Assembly (NCBI GenBank): GCA_963726195.1
Contig: CAVSBO010000011.1
Span: forward strand, 1-58,178
Reading direction: 5' to 3'
Source: Candidatus Thorarchaeota archaeon
Lineage (GTDB): Archaea; Asgardarchaeota; Thorarchaeia; Thorarchaeales; Thorarchaeaceae
Length of the DNA stretch: 58,178 bases
Shown here: piece by piece, positions 1-9,260 of the stretch
How the letters are laid out: every line of letters begins with the position of its first letter
Numbering within the stretch: the stretch's first letter is position 1
Made by a program: the position numbers and the translations under genes
The notes under the pieces: generated by a model
Database searches by the model: none
The model's input: only the letters and a program-made list of their open reading frames with translations
What the model was told of the DNA's origin: nothing

Positions 1-685
1 GACAAGGGCCGCACCAACTGCTCCGTCATATACGACGCGGCCTCGTTCTCAGGACCAGAACGGAATCAGCCCAGTTCTTGAGAAAGAACCTGTCATGAGT
101 TGTGTACATGACGCTCACCCCTTCTTCTCTTCTCAGATTGTTCACTATATCAAGAAGGCTTGCAATCATGGGATAGTCTAGGCCAGAGAATGGCTCGTCC
201 AACAACAGAATCTTCGGGCGCATAGCAATGATTCCCGCGAGAGCTATGCGTTTCGCCTCACCGTGGCTGAGTCGGTTCACAGGTCTCTCTCCCATTTCGG
301 ACAAGCCCACGACATCAAGTGCTTGCTGCACCCTAGCGCCAATCTCTTCCTCACGCAGTCCCTGATTTCTTGGGCCGAAGCTGATATCTTCCCAGACCGT
401 AGGAGCGAAGAGCTGGTCCTGCGGGCTTTGGAACAGGAACCCAAAGTCTTGCCTGACGGACCAGAGATTGTTCTTGTCTACAACGCGTCCGAACACGCGA
501 ATCTGACCTTGTCTGGGCTCCAAGAGACCTAGGATTAATCTGAACAGCGTCGTCTTTCCGGAGCCATTGAGCCCTATTACAGCCTTGAGTTCCCCGTTTT
601 TCAAATCAGTAGTTACATCGTCGATAGAGAAGCCAGGATAGTTGAAGAAGACATGTTCGAGCTCGATTGGCTTCATCACATGCAC
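1..685 (-). CDS. cbiO: ECF-type Ni/Co transporter ATPase (CbiO/NikO); frameshift near the 3' end, runs off the window
   Basis: Walker A GLNGSGKTT, Q-loop FQSPQDQLF, signature LSHGE, Walker B LLLDEP. Removing one base near 45 continues the protein as RGRVVYDGAVGAALV. Confidence 0.9.
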
Positions 686-1476
686 AACACCTGAACCGGA
701 ATTGGAAGAATCCCATAGATGGCAGAACCCAACAAAACCACTAGAACAAGAAGGAGGACATCGGAGCGATGAAACCCTGCTCCCGACGGGTGAAATCGCT
801 TTCCAAAACCTCTCAACACCATTGAATCGTAGACCACCGTGCTTCTGTCGAATGCCCGATCCATGGTTGTGCCAACGAGACTGCCCAACGATCGTATCTG
901 TCCAGTTCGCGCAGCACTATCAAGACCCCGGAGGAGCTGAGACTCGCGCATGACTCTTCGTTCGTTGATGAACTGAGGAACGTACCTAAGCATTATGAGC
1001 AATGAACCTATGATTGATGCTGGCATCCACAGCCCACGTACGGCACCAACAAACTCGCCAAGTGTCATGTGGGACAATGTCGCGATGAAAAGAACGATGA
1101 TTAGAGACATTCTGAAACTCAGCATGATTCCCAACATGAGCCCTTCAAGATACAGCGGAAACGTACCAAAGGGAAGCGAGAGGGTCGCGAAGACGGTGCT
1201 TCCGAATATGAATGGCTCCATGACAATCCAGAACAACACAAAGACTTCGAACTTCGCAGCCAGTGAAAATACGGACTTCCACCGGGTACGTGATACTGTT
1301 CCGCCTACAACAATCATTAAGGCCAGACAAAACAGTATGTGAAGACTGGTTTGCATGGAAACTAGGATAGCGGTTCCAAAAGACGCAATGATCATCGCCT
1401 TTGACGAGAATGCACCTGCAGACTTACGACCTTCCACGAATGGCAGCAAGAAGTCGCTCAACGTTAGTCGCCTCAA
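676..1476 (-). CDS. cbiQ: ECF transporter T component (CbiQ/NikQ)
   Basis: Multi-TM protein with LRY, QLLRG and MVLRGF motifs; lies between cbiO and cbiM. Confidence 0.85.
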   Translation of the reverse strand: MRRLTLSDFLLPFVEGRKSAGAFSSKAMIIASFGTAILVSMQTSLHILFCLALMIVVGGTVSRTRWKSVFSLAAKFEVFVLFWIVMEPFIFGSTVFATLSLPFGTFPLYLEGLMLGIMLSFRMSLIIVLFIATLSHMTLGEFVGAVRGLWMPASIIGSLLIMLRYVPQFINERRVMRESQLLRGLDSAARTGQIRSLGSLVGTTMDRAFDRSTVVYDSMVLRGFGKRFHPSGAGFHRSDVLLLVLVVLLGSAIYGILPIPVQVLCM

Positions 1477-1518
1477 TTCATGCGTGTCTTGACAACCATC
1501 ATAGGCCCGAACCGTGAG

Positions 1519-1842
1519 TCACTGACAAACCTCTTCTCTATCGACGGCAGTAGTAGAACGGGTCTTTCCGGAAAGTGCCTTGAAGGCAGCATATCCCACG
1601 AAGAAGGTCAGCATTACTCCAAGCATGCCTGCTATTGCCTTGACAACGGGTCCTTGGCCAAGAAAGGACCAGATGCCAGCTTCGGTTGGCTGGGGCTCTG
1701 TTAGACCGGCAAAGATGAAAATGACCCATTCGAAACCATCTGGAATCTGAACTGCAAAAGCACCAACCAGACTAGCTAGCAGTCCCAGAACGACGACTGC
1801 AACCGTTGGGACAATGAGCTTCTTGGTCTTGAATCGCTTCAT
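1519..1842 (-). CDS. PDGLE-domain small membrane component (NikN-like)
   Basis: Two TM helices flanking PDGFE. Start re-assigned to the ATG at 1842, which follows a GGAGG SD-like sequence. Confidence 0.75.
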   Translation of the reverse strand: MKRFKTKKLIVPTVAVVVLGLLASLVGAFAVQIPDGFEWVIFIFAGLTEPQPTEAGIWSFLGQGPVVKAIAGMLGVMLTFFVGYAAFKALSGKTRSTTAVDREEVCQ

Positions 1843-1853
1843 TGAAAACCCTC

Positions 1854-2550
1854 CTAGCCTTGAACACCTGCCTCTGCTCTCAAAGAGCCTACTGCCGATT
1901 TGTGCACCTCGCGGCCGGATAGTAATGAGATCATCCCCGGTCGGGCCTTCACGAAATAGGCGAGTATTGCACAAGTGAGGATGGCTTCACCCACGCCAAT
2001 CAGTGCGTGAATCCCCACAATAGCGAAAAATGCGACGCTCCCAAAACCCGGTACCGTCAGAAGCTCGAAACCTAAGACTACTGCAGTCACTACGATTGCT
2101 ACATAGGAAGCCACTGTTGCGGCAATCAAAACGGACCGCCTGTTGTCCATATGCGATTCTAAGGGTCCTGAATATCAAAAACGAAAGAGACCAGCCCACC
2201 AGGATGCATACAACACCCATATTGAATAGGTTCAGACCATACGTCAAGAGACCGCCGTCGCCGCTTAGTGCCTGCACGAAGAGCACCAGTGCGATTACTA
2301 CAATAGCGGCCCAGGGACCTACTAGAACCGCAAGAAGAGTAGAGCCCACCAGATGGCCACTTGCTGGCGGGACAGGAAAATTCACAAGCTGCGCTCCGAA
2401 AATGGCTGCAGCAAGGACGCCCATGTAAGGCACAAGCCGATCATCGAACTGCCTGTTCAGTTTTCGGCCACACAGCACAAGCACAATTCCGCTCACTGCG
2501 AACATGAGAGCCTGCAGCCAGAACGGAACGATGCCATCCGGTACGTGCAA
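1854..2550 (-). CDS. cbiM: ECF S component CbiM/NikM (frameshift ~2150)
   Basis: N-terminal MHVPDG metal-binding motif and SGHLVG. The C-terminal half (HALIGVGEAILT) is in the adjacent frame. Confidence 0.9.
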
Positions 2551-2603
2551 CTAGATTTCCTCGCGTGTGAAAGCACATCCTCCTGAAAGTGAAACTCTTA
2601 AGT

Positions 2604-2652
2604 GTGTTACTTTCCTTGGAATCGTGTTACTATCCTAGAAGGTTCGTGTTAC
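2604..2652. promoter_or_regulatory. Putative NikR operator: three GTGTTAC direct repeats
   Basis: GTGTTAC at 2604-2610, 2624-2630 and 2646-2652, in the divergent cbiM/nikR intergenic region. Confidence 0.65.
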
Positions 2653-2653
2653 C

Positions 2654-3076
2654 TTGACGATCAAGAGATTCGGTGTATCTGTTCCCAAAGATCTGCTTGA
2701 CCGCTTTGACAGGATTGTTGAGACGAAGGGCTACGTCGGGCGCTCCGAAGCAATCCGCGACGCGATGCGTGGCTACATATCTCAGTGCGAGTGGGAATCT
2801 GACCAAGGAGGAAATCGTGCAACTCTAAGCGTCGTCTACCAACACAAGCCACGACTAATGGCTCAGTTGGTTAGCGCTCAGCACGAAGCAGAGGCGCATG
2901 TTATTTCATCGGTGCACATCCATCTCACTCATTCACATTGCCTCGAAGTGCTAGCGCTGGAAGGCAATAGAGCAGACATCGAGAAGCTCGCCGACAAGAT
3001 TGGGGGCCTATCAGGTGTCGAGTTCGTGAGATTGTTCGCATTCTCGTTGAGCAATGACGACGAGACTCATCCATGA
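2654..3076 (+). CDS. nikR: Nickel-responsive regulator NikR
   Basis: Ribbon-helix-helix (RFGVSVP..LL..FD...GY..RSEAIRD) plus the Ni site HIHLTHSHCLEV. Confidence 0.95.
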   Translation: MTIKRFGVSVPKDLLDRFDRIVETKGYVGRSEAIRDAMRGYISQCEWESDQGGNRATLSVVYQHKPRLMAQLVSAQHEAEAHVISSVHIHLTHSHCLEVLALEGNRADIEKLADKIGGLSGVEFVRLFAFSLSNDDETHP

Positions 3077-3110
3077 GCGGAATTCGGCCCCAACAATTCG
3101 CTCGGCCGTT

Positions 3111-3831
3111 CTAGTGAGATGATGCCCGGGCCTTGAAGAGAACAACAGTCAGCAGGCAAGACACTCCTCCGGACACCACCAAGACAAAGATTAGGCTTGA
3201 ATCCGAACACGAACTGCAGGGCAGACTGGTGAAGTCGGTGCTCAGCACATGGCCGGAAGAATCGAGGAGAAGTGTCCATCTTTTCGCTCTCTGCAATTTG
3301 GTGGAACCTCGCTCGCCACACTATGTCCTGACTCTGTCCCACTAGGCTGCCGGGTAGAACAATCAGCTCCTCGCAGAGACCCCAGTAGTGGCCGCGGTTC
3401 ATGAAAAAGCCCGTTGCCGCCTGAACAATTGTGCCGAAGTCGGCAGTGATTGAGGAATTGAGACCAGTCACCCATCGAAGTGTGGTATTGTCGAGAGATA
3501 GACCAACCAAGAACTCGTTGAACCCCGTGTTGTTGATTTGCACGAGAACAAACGTGCTCACGGATGAATTTGAATCGAGAGTCTCACCGAAGTGGCCAAT
3601 TGCCTCCCAGAAGAGTGTGTTGTTGTCGGAAAGGAGGTGCACAAGAATTGCCTCCGACACAAAGACTGGATGCGATTCATTTAGCAAGAGCATAGACTCC
3701 GGCACAAGGCGCAGCTCTCTGTAGTTGACCACGACCACGGGATATGTAGTATCCTGCGCAGGTACGAGAACCCCGAGGCTTAGCACGATGATAAGTGCAG
3801 GCACCATCAGCGTACCAAGAGAGTTCGACAC
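3111..3831 (-). CDS. Hypothetical membrane-anchored secreted protein (frameshift ~3285)
   Basis: N-terminal signal-like helix. The C-terminal TM (LIFVLVVSGGVSCLLTVVLFK) is in frame 3111-3296. Confidence 0.55.
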
Positions 3832-4094
3832 GAATTCCGATCCTTCCGTGAATCATCAGACATAGAGCCGGGCGAGAGTTACGTTGGCGAGAAAGGGGAT
3901 GGGGCCCGGGGCGGGAATCGAACCCGCGCGAAAGGATCCACAGTCCTCTAGGCTACCAGAGGGCTCGTAGACCAGAAGGTCGAACGAACTACCTCACCCA
4001 GGCCATTGCTCGACCTCCCGAGCCAAAACTGGCAGGGAGTCTCACGGATACGGCCCTCATCTTCTCAGGTTATAATTGCTTCGAATGATGAGAG
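3747..4094. repeat. 348-bp direct repeat, copy 1 (copy 2 at 5128-5475)
   Basis: Near-identical sequence at offset 1381. Includes the 5' end of the hypothetical gene, tRNA-His and its promoter. Confidence 0.95.
3900..4004 (-). tRNA. tRNA-His(GUG) with encoded G-1 and CCA and a ~28-30 nt D-loop intron (~3961-3988)
   Basis: Acceptor GCCTGGG/CCCGGGC, C73, CCA. Anticodon arm GAGGA-CTGTGGA-TCCTT. T arm GCGGG-TTCGATT-CCCGC. A hairpin insert follows A14G15. Confidence 0.92.
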
Positions 4095-4109
4095 AACCAA
4101 CTTCGAACT

Positions 4110-4760
4110 TCTGCGAGGCGACGCTTTTGAGCTTGGGAAGAATCTCCCGGTAGAGCAATGGACATAGACATCCCCGAACTTTCTCACGAGCGCTCTAGGC
4201 CTAGTTGACTACATAGTGCGAACAAGAGACAAAGCCGATGAGATAGAGCCATAACGTGCAAAAGAACGAAGAAAAAAGACAGAGATACGCCGAGATAGAC
4301 AGGGTGCCTGACGAGCCTATACGGTCCGCCGGTGGCCAGCACGTAACGTGCTTTCATTGGTTTGGTGCACGAGGTGAAGTTCAGTATGAATAAGTTCTGC
4401 GAACCAAGAGAGGAGAATCCAGAACCCTCCTATTCCAATCCAGTTCACGCAGACGGGCAAGTCAACGACAAACGGTGACAGATATAGCCACAAGTCAATG
4501 TAGGGCGAAATGTAAGAGAAAAAGTACAAGATGACAAAAGCAAACATGGTGAAATCACTAATCTAGTGACCTATGAAGATGCTGTACTTGCTAGATGTCG
4601 TGCCCGGAGCTTTTCGTTCTCAATAGCTGTCAGATCCTTCTAAGACATAGGAACCCCGCGGGAGTTCTTGGCATTCTTCTCTTAGCAAGACCCATGAAGA
4701 CCCCCATTAGTATCATGGGAGTGAGGACGATAACAGGAACTCGATTCTTCCAGCATGAAG
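4110..4760 (-). pseudogene. Degraded isoprenylcysteine carboxylmethyltransferase (ICMT/PEMT)-family gene
   Basis: Fragments in different frames: TM segments (4317-4547), LATGGPYRLVRHPVYLG and LVRKFGDVY..TGRFFP. Boundaries approximate. Confidence 0.65.
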
Positions 4761-4873
4761 GCGCCTCATTGATTCCAACGGATATGGTTCTATAGGTCCG
4801 TATGTTTCGCCCGTGATGCTGTCTACAAAGCGGGCTTATTACTATTGTGGAGTTATCAAGCAGGAAGATGTTA

Positions 4874-5109
4874 CTTCATTCCGTAACCGTTATACTAGGA
4901 TGAAGAGGTGACAGGTCGCGGAGTGGAGAGTGTAGATGCTAGAAGAGAAAGGAATGGCAAAGAGGGAAGTGACTCAGCATGCTACAGTGGTTGCTGGCAG
5001 ACGATGTGAGACTATGCGAGTGGGTGTCCGGTTGCTTCGATGTCAACAGAACGGCATAGAGATGGGAGTCGAAGTGTTCTCAGAAGCGAAGGAGAAGAAC
5101 GCAGGCCGA
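4874..5109 (+). pseudogene. Decayed copy of the mfnA upstream region and 5' end
   Basis: Aligns with 5596-5831 with many substitutions and indels (shared AAAGGAATGGCAA, GGAAGTGACTCA, GAGAAGAACGCAGGCCG); truncated at the repeat junction. Confidence 0.85.
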
Positions 5110-5127
5110 CTACCAAAAAGCCAAAGC

Positions 5128-5475
5128 TAGTATCCTGCGCAGGTACGAGAACCCCGAGGCTTAGCACGATGATAAGTGCAGGCACCATCAGCGTACCAAG
5201 AGAGCTCGACACGAATTCCGATCCTTCCGTGAATCATCAGACATAGAGCCGGGCGAGAGTTGCGTTGGCGAGAAAGGGGATGGGGCCCGGGGCGGGAATC
5301 AAACCCGCGCGAAAGGATCCACAGTCCTCTAGGCTATCAGATGGCTCGTAGACCAGAAGGTCGAACGAACTACCTCACCCAGGCCATTGCTCGACCTCCC
5401 GTGCCAAAACTGGTAGGGAGTCTCACGGATACGGCCCTCATCTTCTCAGGTTATAATTGCTTCGAATGATGAGAG
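5128..5475. repeat. 348-bp direct repeat, copy 2
   Basis: Matches 3747-4094 with a handful of substitutions. Confidence 0.95.
5281..5385 (-). tRNA. Second tRNA-His(GUG) with D-loop intron; variant carrying A19 and U56 (possibly a pseudogene)
   Basis: Identical to copy 1 except at 5301 (C56 to U), 5337 (G19 to A) and 5342 (intron end). Confidence 0.75.
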
Positions 5476-5661
5476 GACACGGAAGTCTTTCGGCTTTTGT
5501 TCAGTCCCGGCAGAAGTCTCTTGGTGTTTGCAGCGGCTTCGTTGATCACTTATGATTCGGACTCTCTGTCAAGTCGGCAAACAACAACGAGGTTTCTTCA
5601 TTCCACAACCGTTATACTAAGATGGACTTGACCTGACAGGTCCCAGAGTGGAGCCGTGCAG

Positions 5662-6843
5662 ATGTTCGAAGACAAAGGAATGGCAACATCGGAAGTGACT
5701 CATCTGCTCGAGTCATTGCTGGCAGATGATGTGAGCTATGCAAGTGGGCGTCCAGTCGCTTCGATGTCCACAGAGCCGCATAGCTTGGGTGTCCAAGTGT
5801 TCGCAAGAGCAATGGAGAAGAACGCAGGCCGGTTCCATACCTTTGCCGGCTCAGCAAAGGTGGAGCGCGAAGTCATAGAGATGGTAGCGGATCTGCTACA
5901 TCTTGCTGAACCTCTTGGCACGACAACTACCGGAGGAACCGAATCCAACATCCTAGCCATGCTCTCATATCGTGAAGCCGCGAAAAGGAAAAGCGGCACA
6001 CCACAAATCGTTGCCCCTGAAACCGTTCACGCCTCCGTGGACAAGGCCGCTTGGATTCTGGGAATGAAACTGGTCAAGACCAAGGTCGATCACCAGTTCA
6101 AGGCTGTTCCTGACGCAATCGAACGTGCAATCGGTCCAAACACAGTGGGCATCTTTACCACCGCGGGCACAACGTACTTGGGTCAGGTCGACCCAATCGA
6201 GGAAATCGGCGAGATAGCGGCCAATCATAAGATTCCTCTCCACGTGGATGCCGCATTCGGCGGATTCGTGATACCCTTTCTTGGTGATCTCGGGATTGGA
6301 AAGTACGCCTTCGACTTTCAGGTTGACGGAGTCACAAGTGTAAGTACAGACCCGCACAAGATGGGGCTGGGGCCAATACCTTGTGGTTGCCTTCTGTTCA
6401 GGTCAGAACGTCACTTGCAGGCGATAACCAGAAAGGTTCCCTACCTGAGAGGCGCAAGTGCGTCACAGACGACACTGCTTGGCACAAGACCTGCGGGATC
6501 GATATTGGGAACTTGGGCTGTGATGAAGCACCTAGGAAGAAGCGGATACAGGTCAATCGTCCAAGAATGCATGAAACGAACGATGATGATTAAGGAACGT
6601 GTCGAATCCAGCTCAACACTGGGCCTTGCGATTCAACCCGTGATGAACATCATAGGAATAAACACTAAAGAAGTTCCCATCGAGCTAGTGGCGCAGAAGA
6701 TGGAAGACCGAGGATGGCGAATGGATTTGTCACCCTTGCCTCCAACGATGAGAATCGTCGTGATGCCTCACATGACGGACGGAACAGTGAATGCGCTGCT
6801 CAACGACCTTGAAGAGATCGCAAGCACAGTACCGCCGGACTAG
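5662..6843 (+). CDS. mfnA: PLP-dependent tyrosine/L-aspartate decarboxylase MfnA
   Basis: GGTESN, HVDAAFGGF, DPHKMG (PLP lysine) and LLGTRP motifs. Confidence 0.92.
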   Translation: MFEDKGMATSEVTHLLESLLADDVSYASGRPVASMSTEPHSLGVQVFARAMEKNAGRFHTFAGSAKVEREVIEMVADLLHLAEPLGTTTTGGTESNILAMLSYREAAKRKSGTPQIVAPETVHASVDKAAWILGMKLVKTKVDHQFKAVPDAIERAIGPNTVGIFTTAGTTYLGQVDPIEEIGEIAANHKIPLHVDAAFGGFVIPFLGDLGIGKYAFDFQVDGVTSVSTDPHKMGLGPIPCGCLLFRSERHLQAITRKVPYLRGASASQTTLLGTRPAGSILGTWAVMKHLGRSGYRSIVQECMKRTMMIKERVESSSTLGLAIQPVMNIIGINTKEVPIELVAQKMEDRGWRMDLSPLPPTMRIVVMPHMTDGTVNALLNDLEEIASTVPPD

Positions 6844-7196
6844 CTCTCACGCGTGGCGGGATTCTTCAGTTCGTCGATTTCATCCTCGAGTTTGGTGATG
6901 CGCTGCTCTTGATCCAAGACTGCGTTCAGTAGGACTGAGATGAGACGACCGTAATTGACGGAGTAACCTTCACCGCGTGCGAGTATTCTGGCCTCCTCCA
7001 ATCTCCGGGCAGCATTGGTGATTGATTGCTTTGATACTTTCCGCTCTTCGACCAAGCGGTCCACAGTCTCTCGAACCTCTCTAGGTGCAACGTTTGGACC
7101 CTTAAGAGGCTCCAGTAGACTATGAAGTATCATCAGGCCAGCACTCATTCGCGGGTTGGTGAGTTTTGAGAATGCCATGTCTAGCTCAGATTTCAT
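6840..7196 (-). CDS. Hypothetical winged-helix protein with C-terminal coiled coil
   Basis: HTH-like VSKQSITNAARRLEEARIL, then heptads RITKLEDEIDELK. Confidence 0.6.
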   Translation of the reverse strand: MKSELDMAFSKLTNPRMSAGLMILHSLLEPLKGPNVAPREVRETVDRLVEERKVSKQSITNAARRLEEARILARGEGYSVNYGRLISVLLNAVLDQEQRITKLEDEIDELKNPATRES

Positions 7197-7372
7197 GAAG
7201 ACCCGCTTCCTGTAAGGGGTAAACGTTTAGTTCGAGAAAAACCTTTCCCGTCGGCTTCTGAATACTTGACATGGCTTTGGGATCGCCGCGATAGGTGTCA
7301 GCGTTTACTCAGACGCAGCAATGAATATAAGAAGACGCCATGCGACACGTGTGGACTTTGACTTAGTTGTGA

Positions 7373-9052
7373 GTGGAGTGTGTTAGTATCAACTCGCCGC
7401 GTCTTTACCAATGTTTGGTGCTCACGATGTTTGGACTCCTCGTCACGAGTCTTCTCGTGAATGGCAGTACCATGAGCCCATACAACCCTCGGATATCTGG
7501 ACAAGCCAGCTTGTCTTCTGAAACCGTATGCAACGGGAAACCCTTCATAAACCGAACCTACACTTGGTCTCGATACTATGAAGGATACTCCCTCGCGCAG
7601 CTCGGTGACGGAGGATTCGCAATTGCGGGGTCCGTGTCCAATATCAGTGTGAATCCGGATTATTGGCTGGTCAGAACTGATGCACAGGGCAAGCCACTGT
7701 GGAACAGAACCTACAACCTCAATTCTGACACATGCAGGAAGGTAATCAAGTGCCAGGACGGCGGCTTTGCACTATTTGGTGAGGGCAATTTTCCGTACGG
7801 ATGGCCCTACGACCAGTACTGGCTGGTCAAGACATACGCTGACGGCCCACCTCAGTGGAACGTGACATATGGCTATGGCGGAAACGACTATGCTGGCGAC
7901 GTACTCGAGGTACCCGGCGGCGGATTCGCGCTGTTCGGCACCGTCCACAATGAAACGACCGCTGACTTCGATTACTGGCTCGTGCGTACTAACGACCAAG
8001 GCAAAGAAATGTGGAACCAATCCTATGGTGGAGCAAGCCGGGACTTCGCCTCTACGATATTGACCACTGACGACGGCGGTTTCTTGCTTGTTGGATCTAC
8101 CCAGAGTTTCGGTGCGGGGTACCACGATGATGGTTATGTCGTGAAGACAGACTCTATGGGACAGATGATGTGGAACCGCACATATGGCGGAAACGACACA
8201 GATGTACTGTATTCGGCGATCAATACAAGCGATGGTGGATATGCGCTTGTGGGCTTCTCCAGGAGCCCTCCGAGCCAAGGCATCAATGAGGCTTGGCTGT
8301 TGATAATCAGCTCGAATGGGACCGTCAGAAGTGAGCATAGATACGACAAGCTTGGCTTTGGAGCAATAGTCCAAGCGGTTGCACAAGCTCCGGATGGTGG
8401 GTTCGCAATCGTGGGAACGTACCAGAATAGCCCCCCAGAAACCGAGGCTGGTGTATGTCACGCCCCAACCGTAGTTAGCGCCCTCAACCCCGGGGATAGT
8501 GCTTGGTATATCCGAACTGATGCCAATGGGAACGCTTTGTGGGATTTCACATTCGGGGCAGACAATGACCAGCCGAGAAGTGTGATTCCTGTCGCAGGCG
8601 GAGGCTTTGCACTTACCGGGACGACGACACAGAATGCCGGTGTGTACTCGGGCGCAAGTCTGATTCTGTTCCCAGAGCTATCTTGGCTACAGGAGCCAAC
8701 GGATGCTACCTTCGCGTACGGTGCCCCAGTGCATGTTGACCTGAATGCAACATCAGCAGCTGGAATCTCCACATGGTCACTGAACGACACATCCAGGTTC
8801 GGCATCGACTCCAATGGAATCATCTCGAATGCCATAGCATTACCAAGCGGTTACTACCATCTCAGAGTCTCTGTAACTGATACTGTTGGCAATCTCCTAG
8901 TTGCCCAAATCACCGTACATGTGCTTGCAGGAACGACTACGACATCAACCGCTGGTGGTATGGATCCCACTGTGATTCTGGTAGGTGCTGGCCTCGGTGC
9001 GGCCGTGGTTGTTATCATACTGGCAACGCAGCTGAGACGCAAACAGTCTTAG
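7373..9052 (+). CDS. Cell-surface protein: 7 beta-propeller-like repeats, cadherin/Ig-like domain, C-terminal TM anchor
   Basis: Seven (D/G)GG(F/Y)xxxG...WLVxTDxxG..W repeats, a Thr-rich linker, TM and RRK tail. Confidence 0.8.
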   Translation: MECVSINSPRLYQCLVLTMFGLLVTSLLVNGSTMSPYNPRISGQASLSSETVCNGKPFINRTYTWSRYYEGYSLAQLGDGGFAIAGSVSNISVNPDYWLVRTDAQGKPLWNRTYNLNSDTCRKVIKCQDGGFALFGEGNFPYGWPYDQYWLVKTYADGPPQWNVTYGYGGNDYAGDVLEVPGGGFALFGTVHNETTADFDYWLVRTNDQGKEMWNQSYGGASRDFASTILTTDDGGFLLVGSTQSFGAGYHDDGYVVKTDSMGQMMWNRTYGGNDTDVLYSAINTSDGGYALVGFSRSPPSQGINEAWLLIISSNGTVRSEHRYDKLGFGAIVQAVAQAPDGGFAIVGTYQNSPPETEAGVCHAPTVVSALNPGDSAWYIRTDANGNALWDFTFGADNDQPRSVIPVAGGGFALTGTTTQNAGVYSGASLILFPELSWLQEPTDATFAYGAPVHVDLNATSAAGISTWSLNDTSRFGIDSNGIISNAIALPSGYYHLRVSVTDTVGNLLVAQITVHVLAGTTTTSTAGGMDPTVILVGAGLGAAVVVIILATQLRRKQS

Positions 9053-9260
9053 TTCCAGCAGGTAGGCAAAATCAAGACTATTCGGTCGGGGCCATATTGC
9101 GGCGCTCAATGCAAGTCTGGCCCCGGCCTGCAACCTGCAGAATATTCAGTATGCCGTCTAGTCGCCAGCACATCTAGCCGAGCATCAGAAAGCAAACGTC
9201 TGGTGATAGCGACCTGAGCGGATTCTCTCTGTGGAACACCGTTCCCACTGAAATGCAGTT

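Noticed and set aside
5260-5469. 69-aa ORF on the plus strand
   Set aside because: It is the antisense shadow of tRNA-His copy 2.
3747-5475. Integrated virus or plasmid with attL/attR at tRNA-His
   Set aside because: The repeat includes the whole tRNA plus flanks, only ~1 kb lies between the copies, and there is no integrase.
9084-9128. SECIS element or selenoprotein recoding
   Set aside because: The hairpin lacks a recognisable SECIS core, adjacent genes have no in-frame TGA at a Cys position, and HdrA has Cys.
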